This document shows, piece by piece, positions 12,490-26,270 of a stretch of 64,000 nucleotides of DNA. Position numbers and translations under genes: made by a program. Origin of the DNA: Octopus vulgaris (lineage: Eukaryota); assembly GCA_951406725.2 (NCBI GenBank), contig OX597821.1, forward strand, positions 67,022,001-67,086,000, written 5' to 3'. Positions within the stretch are counted from its first letter, which is position 1. Each line of letters starts with the position of its first letter. Below the pieces are notes generated by a model that had not been told where the DNA came from, did not search any database, and saw only the letters and a list, made by a program, of their open reading frames with translations.

Positions 12490-13580
12490 TCAATGTTTTT
12501 GAAGTTTGTATTAATTATCATTCTAAAAGATGTAATAAAGTTAGATTTTAAATGTTTGGCAAATGGGATTATAATCCAAGTAGTGTTATTGGTGTTTGCT
12601 TTATTGAAAGTTTGGGTTGTATTTAGAGGGTCAGCTATACTCATAAAAGGTATTGGTTTCTGTTTTTCTACTCACTTCCTATCTTTATTAATTTGAGTTC
12701 TATGGTTATGTATGTTATTGAAGGAATTTGGCATGTTTAGATTGTTCTTATTTTTTTCTTTTTATTGACTTAATGTTCCTATTTTCATCTTTAATTATAC
12801 AGTTTTGGTGTTTGTTAACAGTATTCCTAGGTTTACTAATATTAGTGTGGTTACGAAGGTAGAAGTTACTAAAATCTATTTTAGTAAAATTTTGGTTGTG
12901 GTGCTCCTATTCGTCGTGTTTTTAATATGTTTATTGTAGTGATGATTGTCGTGCTTTTGGCTGATGTTGTGTTTATGACTTTTATTGAGAGTTTTTGTTA
13001 TACGTTTATTGTGGAGTACTAATTCATCAGGTGATTTGGATTCACTAATATCATCTACGTTATTCGTTTCAAGATAGTGTTTTATATAATTAGTATTGTT
13101 GCTGTCGTTTTTATCATACTTAATTTATATCCTGCCTTCTTAAGTGCCAGGTTATAATAGTCCTTATGTTTGTTAAGTATTTTCTCGTTAGATGATAGTA
13201 GATTTGTTCTTTTCTCTGTTAGTGGTCAGGTTTTCGATAATGTTATTTGGATGGTTGCTGTGCACATTGATATAATGTGATATTGGTGTTAGGTTTATGG
13301 TAAGGTTGGTGGGTAGAAGTATTAAGATTGGAGTTGACATCTAGGAAGTTAGCAAAGTTGTTATCGTTTTCAATGGAAATAGATAGTCCTTGGCTTTAAA
13401 AAAAATTGTAGTCTTTTTGTAGAGTTCTAGTTTACTGTTGGAGGTGTTCTTAACTAAGAATAGAGCGACGTCCTAGTATAGTCCACCTTCTAATTCAGAG
13501 AAGTCTTTTTTAAATTGGTGTTGTAGGTAAATCCCGACGAAATCGGTTACCTCCGTGGTGTCTTGTGCGCCCATGACTAC
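12490..13580 (-). mobile_element. Decayed Penelope-like retroelement RT fragment (Naiad-type motifs)
   Basis: Minus-strand translation across stops and frameshifts: VMGAQDTTEVTDFVGIYL...GGLY*DVALF (GLYRDDGL equivalent)...NFLDVN...QPYHKPN...YINVHSNHP...LSSNEKI...YYNLALKKAGY...NTTWIIIPF. Confidence 0.75.
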
Positions 13581-13922
13581 AAAACAAGGTACAATAAAAT
13601 TACCACAAAAATTGTTTCAGTGCATTGGGAACAGCTGTTAGTCGCCGCTGAAAGCAATGCACACAAACGATTGTGATTAGAGTATGTTCACTCCCTCTTT
13701 TTGTTTCATAAATATTTCTATAAATTCTGCATCCATTAAAGAATTTTCACGTGTATATACAGTAAAAGGAGCAGTCCTGCTGTATGATAGCATATGGTAA
13801 TCGATAACCGCATAGCCTCTTTGAAATGCAACTTATGATGATATCAAATATATATGTATATATATATATATATGTGTATGTGTGTATCTATATGTTTATA
13901 CATATATATGTATGTATATATA

Positions 13923-13981
<59 letters not shown>

Positions 13982-16313
13982 TGTATGTATGTATGTATTC
14001 ATATAAACCATGTACACACTCACGTATATGTGAGCATGTATCTTCTATGTATATGTGCAAGACTGCGCGTACGTGTGTCGTCGAATCTCTATACAACCGT
14101 CGCAGGTGTTGGAACTACTGTTTTCTTTTCCATTTTGTTAATTATTGTTTATGCCTCAAATAAAAAGAAATTACGTAGGAAAAGGCGTTCGTATAAAGAG
14201 AGCAAAAAATGACGATTTAGTTTCCCGTGATTAACGATATCTATTTGAGTTGATTATTTATCTATCAATTTGTTCGTTAAAAAAAGATTGCACGCCATTT
14301 CATGTGATTATATTGCATTAATGGAAAGTCAAAATGGCGCCTTATTAACTTCCCTCTACTATATTTCTGTTGATAATACAATTGTACAATGAAAGTCTTA
14401 TCATAATTATCTACCACCTCCCGCTATCCTCTCCTCTTTTCATATCTATTCATATTTTTTGGTGTTGTTTAGCCCCTTTTTTTATTATTGTAATTGCTGT
14501 CCTTGTGTTTGATATTATTGTTGCAATACTTTCTTTTTATAGCTTTTGTTATTAACGTTTTTGTTGTTCCTTTTGTTACATCATCTGCTTGTTTGGCTGT
14601 TTTTTTTTTCCCCTGTTTCATTTGATTTGGGCTTTACTTTGATTTCGTTGCTGTTTTTACTGTTGTTGTGGAGATATTTATCTAGATATTTGATGACTTC
14701 AATCTATAAGGTTTCGCTTCTTTTACTTCAGCATATAATTCTATCATTTACTTGAGTATCATTACAACTATCTTTCTTATCATCATCATCACCACCACCA
14801 CCACAACCACCAATTCCATCGCTGTCGTCATCGTCGTCGTCGTCATTATCATCGTTATCGTGATCATCAATATTTACCCCCCACATGATTGTCAGAGTTA
14901 TCTTCAACATTGATATAATTATCTGCATCGGTAGTAACAGACCCATCCGGCTATCAGTGTTGCTAATGTGACCACAATTGATATGGAAAGTGTTGCTAAC
15001 ATCCCCTTAATTTAGTGGGTCCCGGTTTATCGAACATCATTACGGCTACTGTACAGCCAGATTTACGGGGCTTCTGCTCTTACTATCTCACCAAACAGTG
15101 GTTACACAACCTTCAAAATGCAGGAATTTGTTGTTCAATAATTACTAATTTAATCTCTATAACGAGCCATGATGGCATCCTTTATGGAGTCGTTGGATAA
15201 GGACACACCAAACAATGGGGTCCTCGATATATAAAACGTTAATAAGGAACCGCCCATTTCTACATCGTCCATCAAGTCTAATTGGGATGTGGAGTCTAGA
15301 AAATACTGCACATTGTTTGAGAATGAAATAATGATTTCTTCTGCTCATCGCAAAAGTTTTGTTTTAATCAATTAAACAGATTAACACAACATAGTGTCTG
15401 CATTATTATACTATCAACAATAAGAAAACGAAGCGAACAACAAAATTACTTTATAAGATTCGAACGGAGAACAGAAGAAAAATTGAACATATATACGGTA
15501 TTGTAAATCATTTTTCTGACCCTCTACCAATTCTTTGAATCTACGAATCATTTTACAATTCGGTTTTATAAAACAGTTGCTACAGATAAACGAAGATTTT
15601 AGGAGATGATTTCTTAAAACAATGTTCTATTAACATTCAAGAAATCTTTATATACTTAAGAGCTTAAAATAAATAACATAAGAAATAAATATACGAGATT
15701 ACAAAGAATTATTGTATTATGTCTTTTATCTGTGGAAAACCGTGGACATTTTCTCACAGGAATAAAAATAATATTCCCATATTAATCAATCAAAACAGTA
15801 GGTGAAGTAATGACAAGTTCGAAATATAATTATGGAGAGTAATGATCAAAAGGATTATCTTAAGAATATAATTGAAATAAGCTTCATTGATGATGGTTTG
15901 CGGAAGATAAGACTATTTAATTGTGAACTCTTAATGCCCCTTCATTTTACCTACAAGTGGTTACTTCAACCAACTAATTTTGTGTTGTCACTGTGCGCGT
16001 AAATTAGTTCAATTGTCTTTCATTAATTTCATAACATTAAAAGTTTTTGCCTCCTACCATCTCTATATTTTAATTGTTTTCACTCACTATATCTCTTTCT
16101 ATATCTTAATCCGTTCAACATTATCAGAACCTCCATCACACCTCCATTACATCCAATCACACCATAATTCTAAATACCACCCTTTACTTACTACTCTCTA
16201 TTTAAGTTATTTCTTTTAGATTGTCACAAATAGTAGGACTTATATAAATATTTACCTTATATCCTACTATCCCATACGTATACATATATACAAAGCCGCT
16301 CATGCGTACTAAC

Positions 16314-16363
<50 letters not shown>

Positions 16364-16424
16364 ATAAATTTGTAAATAAGGATAATATCGATATTTAACT
16401 ATCGATATAATCAAGTGGCCAGCA

Positions 16425-16455
<31 letters not shown>

Positions 16456-16464
16456 GCAGTGAGA

Positions 16465-16537
16465 ATTTATAACAAAACAAAAGACGAAGACGGGTGTGTA
16501 AACATCAAACAGAAGTATTAGTCCTTTACGTTTCGAT
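16465..16537 (-). mobile_element. Fragment of the pLTR-like family seen at 30870-31065
   Basis: AACAAAAGACGAAGACGGGTG...ATTAGT...TTTACGTTTCGA matches the reverse complement of 30955-31045 with an internal deletion. Confidence 0.55.
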
Positions 16538-16574
16538 GTATAAAACTTAACGACGAAACAAGCATTTCTATTTC

Positions 16575-16916
16575 ACTTCGAGGCGACTTTGGCAAGAATT
16601 TTCTACAGTCTCAGGCCGACGAAGTTGTTGTGAGACGATTTGGTAGACAGAAACTGAAAGAAGCTCGACGTATATATACATACATGTGTGTATGTGTCTT
16701 TGTGTCAGTGTTTGTCCTCCCATCATCGCTTGATCACCAATGGTGGTGTGTTTACCTCCCCGTAACTTAGTGGTTTGCCGACAGAGACCGATAGAATAAG
16801 TACTAGGCTGACAAATAGTAGGACCTGGGTCGAATCCTTCGACAAAAAAACCCTTTAAGGCGGTGCTCCAGCATGGCTGCAATAAATTATAGGAACAATT
16901 AAAAGAATAAAAGAAT
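16575..16916 (+). mobile_element. SINE family A, 5'-truncated, diverged
   Basis: GATTTGGTAGACAGAAACTGAAAGAAGC...GGCGGTGCTCCAGCATGGCTGCA. Confidence 0.85.
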
Positions 16917-16952
16917 ATATATATAAACTATACACATTGGTGTATATACGTA

Positions 16953-17019
<67 letters not shown>

Positions 17020-17478
17020 ATATATATATATATATATATTTAATCAATATAGGGTGGCAAAAAAAATTTTGTAGAATTTTTTTGCCACCAGCGGCTTAGT
17101 GGGAAAAAATTAAATAGTCATAGACCATTTATAAGTTCAACATCACAATCAAGGAACGGCCATAATAGGCCATTCACCCACTAGAAATAACAGCCAAAGC
17201 TTCAACCGCAAAATAACATTAATTCCGTAAACCAGGAGAAAATTAAAAAACATTTACCCTGTAATTTCTTATACGATGCACCGTTTCATCTACTGTTTAA
17301 TGGTAAACTAACCTGATTAAATTAAATCAAGCCAATCTTCCATAGGCCCTTAGATTCCTCAGTAAGAAATAGCCAGAACGGAACAGATATTTTCACGAGG
17401 CATTTCTGTCCCTGCCTCGGCAATATCTGACCTAAAATTTTCAAATCATCGCACTCGCGCCAAATTTATCGGCAGCAA

Positions 17479-17524
<46 letters not shown>

Positions 17525-17544
17525 TTATTTATTTATATATATCC

Positions 17545-17762
17545 ATTTCAATATGTGACCGCGTGTGTATCGTTGGCGATTTTCTTTCTCTGTCTTCCAT
17601 TCCTTGAACTTTTCCTTCTTTCTATATTTCTGAGGAAAAGCTCCGCTCGAAACGTTAAATCCTCCTTCTTTCTTTCCTTTCCTGAGCGTCCAATAACACT
17701 AAACTTGTTCCACGTCCTCGCGTTGTTGTGTTTTCTCTTTATTCTTATGTGGATTAACTATA
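17545..17762 (+). mobile_element. Short pLTR-like element with hammerhead motif at 17626-17660
   Basis: attt-CTGAGGA-aaagc-tcc-gctc-GAAAC-GTT-aaat. Downstream CCTGAGCG is shared with 30870-31065. Microsatellite-flanked. Confidence 0.65.
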
Positions 17763-17971
17763 TGTGTGTGTGTGTGTGCATATATGTGTGTATGTATGTG
17801 TGTGTATGTCTTTGTGTGTGTTTGTGCGTGTGTGCATCTATACATTAATACGACAGCATGACTCTATGTACGTACCAGTTATGACACTCAAAATATAGAC
17901 TTAAGAAGTAAAAGATGGTAGTTATGGTACTCGTGGGAGCGGAAGCGTTAGCAATGCTGGTGCCGCGAATA

Positions 17972-18355
17972 GGAAGCACTCCGTCGGTTACGACGACGAG
18001 GGTTCCGGTTGATCCGATCAACGGAACAGCCTGCTCGTGAAATTAACGTGTAAGTGGCTGAACACTCCACAGACACGTGTACCCTTAAAGTAGTTCTCGG
18101 GGATATTCAGCGTGACACAGAGAGTGACAAGGCCGGCTCTTTGAAATACAGGTACAACAGAAACAGGAAGTAAGAGTGAGAGAAAGTTGTGGTGAAAGAG
18201 TACAGCAGGGATCACCACCATCCCCTGCCGGAGCCTCGTGGAGCTTTAGGTGTTTTCGCTCAATAAACACTCACAACGCCCGGTCTGGGAATCGAAACCG
18301 CGATCCTACAACCGCGAGTCCGCTGCCCTAACCACTGGGCCATTGCGCCTCCACT
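17972..18355 (-). mobile_element. Full-length tRNA-derived SINE family C with 11-bp TSD
   Basis: tRNA head ends at 18352. TGCCGCGAATA occurs at 17961-17971 and 18356-18366. Confidence 0.9.
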
Positions 18356-18740
18356 TGCCGCGAATAACAGTGATTAGGGCATGATACAGCGAGAGAGGAA
18401 TCAGAGAAGCAGTTATATCTAGGAACAGAAGAGAGCAGAAGTTAGAAGCTATAGAAATATGACAAGATAATGATAAATGGTTGTGGTTTTGGATGGGATA
18501 CTTATACAGAAACACACCAGAACAGGAGTGAAAGGATTGGTTGGGAAACGAAGCTTGTCGCTGTCTTAGGAGAGTAAATGAGAGACCGAGAGAGAGAGAG
18601 AGGGGGGCGAGATAGAGAAATTGAGGGAAATGGCAGGTGATTTTCAGAAGAGAGAGCCTGTGCACACGAGAGAGTCAATGCAAATATGCAAGAGAAAGAG
18701 CAGGAAGTCTGGTGTCAAAGTGATACAGATATGGAGATAG

Positions 18741-19075
18741 GGAGAACCCCTGCAGTCATGAATGACCATGGGATTGCACACTAAAAGTTACCCTCCGAGG
18801 CACAAGTCCGGGCAAGGTTGTTTATGTAAGACCAGCAGTCGCCCATGCATACCAGCCTTCCCTCTCCACACCACTGATATTATCCAAGGGAACGGCAAAG
18901 TCTGATACAACTCGGCACCATTGATGTCCCAACCCATTTCTACAGCTGAGTTAACTGGAGCAACGTGAAATAAAGTGTCTTGCTCAAGAACACAACACAC
19001 AGCCCGATCCGGGAATCGAACTCCCAACCTCACGATCGTTAGCTCGACGCTCTAACCACTGAGCTATGTGCCTTC
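18741..19075 (-). mobile_element. Full-length CORE-like tRNA SINE (family E) with 16-bp TSD
   Basis: Head GGCACATAGCTCAGTGGTTAGAGCG...AGTTCGATTCCC; CORE-like TTGTGTTCTTGAGCAAGACACTT...CAGCTGTAGAAATGGG. ACAGATATGGAGATAG occurs at 18725-18740 and 19076-19091. Confidence 0.9.
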
Positions 19076-19169
19076 ACAGATATGGAGATAGAGTTACAAT
19101 ATGAAACGAGGCAAAATTTACGTCTTAGTGTCTTATTTTATTCTCATTCATTCTTTTTCTGTCTTTCAA

Positions 19170-19224
<55 letters not shown>

Positions 19225-20509
19225 CTTACGTGTTCCTAAATTTTCTTCTGACCGATCACATTATCTTTATGCATTAATTTATTAGTTACGCCATTGTATA
19301 TTTTGGATTAAGGTTATTATTTATTGCTTTATTAATCCTCATTGATATTTATTTATACATGTATTTATGACAGGAAACCTACATTTTTTACTTGTGTAGA
19401 TAAATTTAGCCTTTTAGTTTACTGTTTTTAATACATGATCAAGTTAGCAATCAATTGTAGCATTGAAAGGATTTTTCGAAAAGAAGCGAAAGTACAAGGG
19501 GGAACAGCGTATGGACGAACGTGAAAGTATGCGAGTGGGAAAGAATGTTGTAGTAGATGTAGGATTAGTACCCGTCGTTTTGAAGAAGTACAATAATAAA
19601 TTGAAACTTGAGCAAGGATGAAAGTATTAGCAGATTGATCATTAATTACCTCCACTAATAAATACGCATCTCATTAATTATCTCTCATTCATACAGGAAC
19701 AAGTAGAAAATAAGAAATAATTCTATTACAACAGAACTATAAATAAATAAAAGTGATAACCGAAAAAGAGAAAAAATTAAACAACAACACCGTTGACATG
19801 AGAATGTTCCCAATCTTATCCACAGCACATAAACGCATTTTTAAGTTGTCATCTTTTAACGTTAATGATAACCTTGTATACAGCAGAATAACGCTAACGC
19901 TCATTCAAATGATTTGTTCATTTGAAGTAGGCAGAATTTGCTAGTGTGAAAATGATTAGCTAAGAATGGCATTTCAATAATGAAGGGAATTTTATTCTGA
20001 AATTATTAGGATTTTGATGATGACTTTAGTTTTTATAATTCCTTAAAGCTGATTCTACGTCTTTTAGAATATAGCTGATAGGAATTTTTCATTTGTTTTC
20101 ATACGTTGCTAAGTCTAAAATGTTGCTTTTCAGAAAACGAATAGATTTCCTATTCCATAGCAAATCTGTTCTACTACATTTCCTCAATTTTTGACATCAT
20201 GGCTTCTAAAGCAGCTGGAAATATGATAGTTTGACCAAAAGAACCGGCTACTGCAAGCAAAAATAAATAGTGAAAATAGACGCATTTGGCCAAATTTGAA
20301 CATACGACAGTCTTCAAATAATAGCACAAATATGTTTTATTTATTTTCCTCTTATACTTGAGAGTCACCTAGGTGGCCGAGAGAAAGCTACGATGGTTAT
20401 GCAGGATATCTTGAGACGTATACTCCTCCAATGCATTCGATTATATACATATATATCTATATAAATACATGTGTGTGTAAGTAATTATGTATATATGTAC
20501 ATATATATG

Positions 20510-20544
<35 letters not shown>

Positions 20545-20550
<6 letters not shown>

Positions 20551-20745
20551 AGTATTATTTTGACGCTCGGGAAAAATGAAAATGTCGTTTCCGTTTCGAG
20601 CCTATGCTCTTAAACAGAAAGGATTAAAAGAAAACAGAGATAGAATGAAATAAACTTGTAGATTTCAGCGGTCCAGCTAACACACTTGCTTGTTGTTCAC
20701 ACACCTGTCATCGTCTTCTGTATTTCTATAAATATCAACTATATA
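20545..20745. mobile_element. pLTR-like element (30870 family), partly inverted, degenerate hammerhead
   Basis: Minus strand 20585-20622 reads CTTTCTGTTTAAGAGCATAGGCTCGAAACG. The 20677-20745 part matches 30997-31060 on the plus strand. Confidence 0.6.
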
Positions 20746-20913
20746 TTATTCGCTCACATGGTTACCCCGGTTTGATCCTGACTGAACTTCCATATCTAAA
20801 GCACTTTCCGAACTTTCAGACCTCTACTCATCCATATATCCATATACCAGCCCTCCACCCGGATTACCTCTGGATCCTCTGATTCCACCTTCATGGATTT
20901 CACTGGATTCTTT

Positions 20914-20985
<72 letters not shown>

Positions 20986-21009
20986 TACATATTATATATG
21001 CATACATGC

Positions 21010-21171
21010 AGGCACAGGAGTGGTTGTGTGGTAAGAAGCTTGCTTCCCAACCACACAGTACCGGGTTCAGTCTCAACGCGTAGCACCATGAGCAAATAGC
21101 TTCTACTACAGTCAGGGGCCGACCAAACCCTTGTGAGTGGATTTGGTAAGGGGAAACTGAAAAGAGCCTGT

Positions 21172-21242
<71 letters not shown>

Positions 21243-21453
21243 ATTATGTATTTGTGTGTCTGTGTTTGTTACCCTACTATCGCTTGACACCGATGTTGGT
21301 GTATTTTCGTCCCCGTAACCTAGCGTCTCGGCAAAAGAATAAGCATTTTGGCTTACAAGGAATCGATTCATTCGACTAAAGGCATTGCTCCAGAATGCCC
21401 ACAGTTAAATAACTGAAACAAGTAAAAGAATAAAGGAATAATAGAATAAAAGA
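21010..21453 (+). mobile_element. SINE family A
   Basis: Head, internal (GT)n and tail colinear with the 58259 copy. Confidence 0.9.
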
Positions 21454-21479
21454 ATAATTATATATATTCATTGACATTA

Positions 21480-23380
21480 TTCTAAAACCACTATGTAGTC
21501 GCACGCCTTGTCTCATTCGGGATGACATATCGATATCTTGTCACATCTACCCAAAAGAACAGAATCCAATTCACTGTTAGTTTTCATAAAGCAAACTTAT
21601 ATACGAACATTTTACATGATCTAGGAATTACTGCTATAAAATATTGGGTCGAGAAATATAGAGAAGAGATTCCAGCAGATTTACCCTAACCTTCATACTA
21701 GACGCGGTCAGCCCCATCCTCGAAAACAATACATTGCTTTTCAACCGAAAAATTACCTCCAAATTCGAGGCGTAGCTATGGGGATGCGGTATGATCCAGT
21801 TTTCGCGAACTCAGTATTAGAATTCTTGGAACAAAACTTATATAAAAAAAATTGAAGAAAACTACGGCATGACATTTAGAAGACATATAGAGGAAACATG
21901 GAGAAGATACCTAGATGAATGTTTCCTAATTTGGTCCAAATCCCTAAAAAAATCTGGAAGAATTCAGCACCCTGCTCAACAACCTACACCCTACTTGAAA
22001 ATTTACAAGGGAAATGAGCGACACACAATTACCATTTCTTGACATAATTGTAATTAAAAACAACACCACAATCACCACATCATGCTACCCGCCACACACA
22101 AAACACGAAATACCGTACTGTCTAGCCAGGAAGCTTTGTACTATAGTAGATGATCCAAATACCAGGAGCATACGACTTATATAACTCAAAGGATTTCTGC
22201 TCAAGCAAAATATATTCTCCCAATTATAGAGAATGCCATACAACGAGCAAAATAGTTACCATTAGAACAACTCAGAGCAACACGAGAAATGTGAGCTCAA
22301 CAACAGAACACATCATTTCTAGTAACACACAATCCGCATCACCAAAACAATTTTTAACATCATCACAACAAATTTGCCAGTCATGAAACACAGTAAAAAA
22401 TTGAAAAGCATAACTAATCAAACAAATATCTGAAGGAAAAAGCAACTGCATAACCTAAAGAAACTATTAAGACGGGCAAGATTCAACATGAACACGCAGG
22501 TGAAAACATTCAAGTGTAATGATAGTAGATGTGGAACGTATCAATACATGCATTCTGGTAGATCCATTAGAACAAAAAATGGACAGATTTTCACAAATGC
22601 TGATATGAACTGCAAAAGCAGAAATTATATCTCCTGCATTAATACTCTAATAGCGAAGAGCTAAATGTTAGCGAAACCGGAAGTGCATTATCGGAATGTT
22701 CACGAGTTCATAGACGAAACCCGGAACTCTATTTCAAACATATAGAAACATGTGGTCAGAAAATGTTTCTAATTTTTCCTTTCCACAAGTTACATGCCAT
22801 AAGGGAGTTTCGAAGAGAAATAAAAGAAAAACGCTTTATTAAAACGTTCAAACCTGTTCTGAACGGAAATAACAACAATAATATAACAACCAGTTAATGA
22901 TGGGGATTAAAATATATTTTTAACATAAGCATATAAACAAATTGCAGAAGACTCCCACCGATTGAAATAAAAACGATCGAAACCAACTAAGTTTGCTCAC
23001 TCATAAAACCATTACATCTAAACCGCAAGCTAATTGGTTAAAATAGAAGCGGGATCTGTACTATCATGCGCCCGTCAAACCGAGACATTTACGATGCATG
23101 CTGATTGGTCAAAACCGTATCGGAAAAATTCAGCTTGTCGAGGCTTTCTAAAAGGTTTAAAAAGGAAAACCTCGGTCATTCCACTACAGTTTTCAAGCAC
23201 TCAACTCAACTGTCACTTAATACATTTTGAAATCTGATGATTACTAGGAACATATGAAAGCGTTAACTGAATTTTATGAACATTACTAAATATTTTTCCA
23301 AAATGTTTAACACACTTCAACATTGTAAAAACTTTTTTAAAAACATTAATAAAAAACATGAAAACCACAACATGTAATTT
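21480..23380 (+). mobile_element. Decayed Penelope-like retroelement (RT, Cys-rich linker, GIY-YIG remnant; Neptune-type)
   Basis: Frameshifted translation: NLYTNILHDLG...YLQIRGVAMG...WRRYLDECFLIW (about 21900-21935)...LPFLDI...IPYCLARKLCTI...FKCNDSRCGT (about 22510-22540)...MNCKSRNYI...ETG...RVHR...RFIKTFKPVLN. The 3' non-coding part has CTGATGA...GAAA at 23234-23259. Confidence 0.88.
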
Positions 23381-23483
23381 TATACAACTGATATACAGAG
23401 AGGGATAGAGAGAGAAAGAGAGAGAGAGAAAGAGATAATGTAGATATATATGTGCATATGTATGTATGTATTATTTATGTATG

Positions 23484-23715
23484 GATGCGCGTGGTTTGCT
23501 TCTTAAAATGTTACACTCATAGGCGTAAGACTTGTTGGAATTTCGTGCCAGGGTGTAGTGTTCTTGAGCAAAACAATTATATGTCGTACTGCTTCAGTGA
23601 ACCCACTTCATAAGAATAAGTTACCCAGCGACGGACCGGCGCCCCGTTCAGGAAGAAATATATACGACACAGAAACCTAGAAACCGGCTTTCTGGGATTA
23701 TGACACAGAAAAACT
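23484..23715 (+). mobile_element. Diverged SINE family B
   Basis: GTGTTCTTGAGCAAAACA and GCGACGGACCGGCGCCCCGTTCAG...CAGAAACC modules. Confidence 0.65.
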
Positions 23716-23992
23716 TCCGTTCTTTTATTTACGATTAAGAAAAGCGTTTTTACCTGTCTCTGTGTTATCTATAATTTTAGCAACATATGTACATGTGTGT
23801 GTGTGTGTGCATCTGTGTCTATTTGTGTGTTTGTGGCTATGTATGTATAGTACATGTAATATAACAGATTAAAAAGGGTGGCTTATTACTAATTACTTTG
23901 CTTCCTCTAGGTACATATAATAAATATACATACATACACACACACACACACGCACTCACACACACATATATATATACATACATAGTATACAG

Positions 23993-24024
<32 letters not shown>

Positions 24025-24098
24025 CATATATTTTATATATATATACACAGACACGCACATATGTATGTAATTGTATGAATACATATGCATATATGTAT

Positions 24099-24192
<94 letters not shown>

Positions 24193-24584
24193 ATAGCTAT
24201 GTATGTATAGCGTTTTTAAAATCTACTCAACTCCTCTCCTATCGCATCTTGGCAATCCTTATTCACCATTTCTTAATCATCTTTTTGCTTTTGCGTCTTT
24301 TTCTTCTCTTCATTCTTCTTCCTCCTTCTCCAATGTTCTCTCCTTCACACTTCCTTTTCCTTTTCCGGCTCCTCCTCCTATCCTCCTTCCATTTCTCCTT
24401 ACGACTACCCATTATACTTAACCTTGGCTATCATGCCCACCATTAATGCACGGCTAATATGTTAGATATTATAAGTTTATCATAACTCCTCTTTCTTCAG
24501 AAATGAGGAAAACTGGTCTATATATTTTTAATTATTTCAAGTTATAAACTCACGTTGCTATTTTTATTACAACTGTTATTATTA

Positions 24585-24728
<144 letters not shown>

Positions 24729-24918
24729 TTTATGTATTATTGCATTTTGTTCTTTTAGGTATTTTTAATTCAAATATTTTCTTTCGTCTTTCATATCGTT
24801 TTGTTTTTTCTACATTCATTACTTATTAATTTCATGAGTCTCTTTCTCTTTCTCTCGCTTGTTCTCTATCTCTCTGTCTCTGCCCCTCTCTTTCTAGCTT
24901 GGATATATATATATATAC

Positions 24919-24960
<42 letters not shown>

Positions 24961-25016
24961 ACACACATATATATACAAATATATAAGTGTGTACATATAC
25001 ATACATACATACATAC

Positions 25017-25067
<51 letters not shown>

Positions 25068-26018
25068 TTTTCCTGTTTATGCTTTCTCAACGTTATTTAA
25101 TATTACTTTGCTCTTCTTCATAAATTATATTAAAATATAAAATAGAGTTCAAACGGCATATACGTCGACGGAAATGAGAGAAAAGTCGAAAAGCGCTCAG
25201 CTTTACTGGCACCGGTTTATTATCTTAAATAGATTTTTCATCCATTTTAATTTAAATGACACGCACTTACGCACGCACTTACAAACAAACACACATATAT
25301 AAACACACATATTCAAATACACACACACACACGCATGCGCACTCATTCAAATACATTCATATACACAAACAAACAAGCAAACAAGAATAACGTGAATAAT
25401 CCGATTTTCATTGCAATATCATTTTGTCAGTGTGTATAACATTGAAACGAATCAATATTTTAACGAATATGTCAAACATCATCTAAAGAACAACAATGCA
25501 ATTACGATGCATTGTTTAATCATCTTTGGAATTAGTTACATCTTTATAAGAGATGGTGAAATTTCTTTCAAGTTTTCTTGCTGCTAAATTTTTACGTTCA
25601 AAATTTTTCAATATTTTCTCTCGTATAATTAATCAATTATTGACGGAAGTGGGGCTATTGTACATGCGAAAAGATCATCTATGCATTAACTAATATCTTA
25701 ACACTTGTATTGTTATTCGCTTTTTTTTTTTTGTTTTTACAGTTATTTTTTTTCTTTGGTTGTTGTTTGTGGTGTTGCTGCTACTGTTGTTGTTTTTGTA
25801 TTTGTTGTTGTTGTTGTCTTTATTGTTGTTGATGATGATATTATAATGCATGAGATAGGTAGAGTGCAAAATTTACCTGTACGGGCATACGAGACATGTA
25901 TATCATGAAAAATATATATTCATACAGAAATACATCTACTGTAAATGCAACGTAAAAACGCATACACACACAAACATACATGCATATATATACATATATA
26001 TATATACATATACATACA

Positions 26019-26065
<47 letters not shown>

Positions 26066-26211
26066 GTATGTATATATATATATACATATATATGTACATA
26101 TATGTATGTCTGTATGTATATATATATGTAAATATGTAAATGTACATATATACACATATATATATACATATATGTATAAATACAGACATATATGCATACA
26201 TGCATTATGAA

Positions 26212-26270
<59 letters not shown>

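Noticed and set aside
18280-19075. tRNA-like sequences at SINE heads as true tRNA genes
   Set aside because: They run into SINE bodies, lack a proper acceptor stem and are bounded by TSDs.
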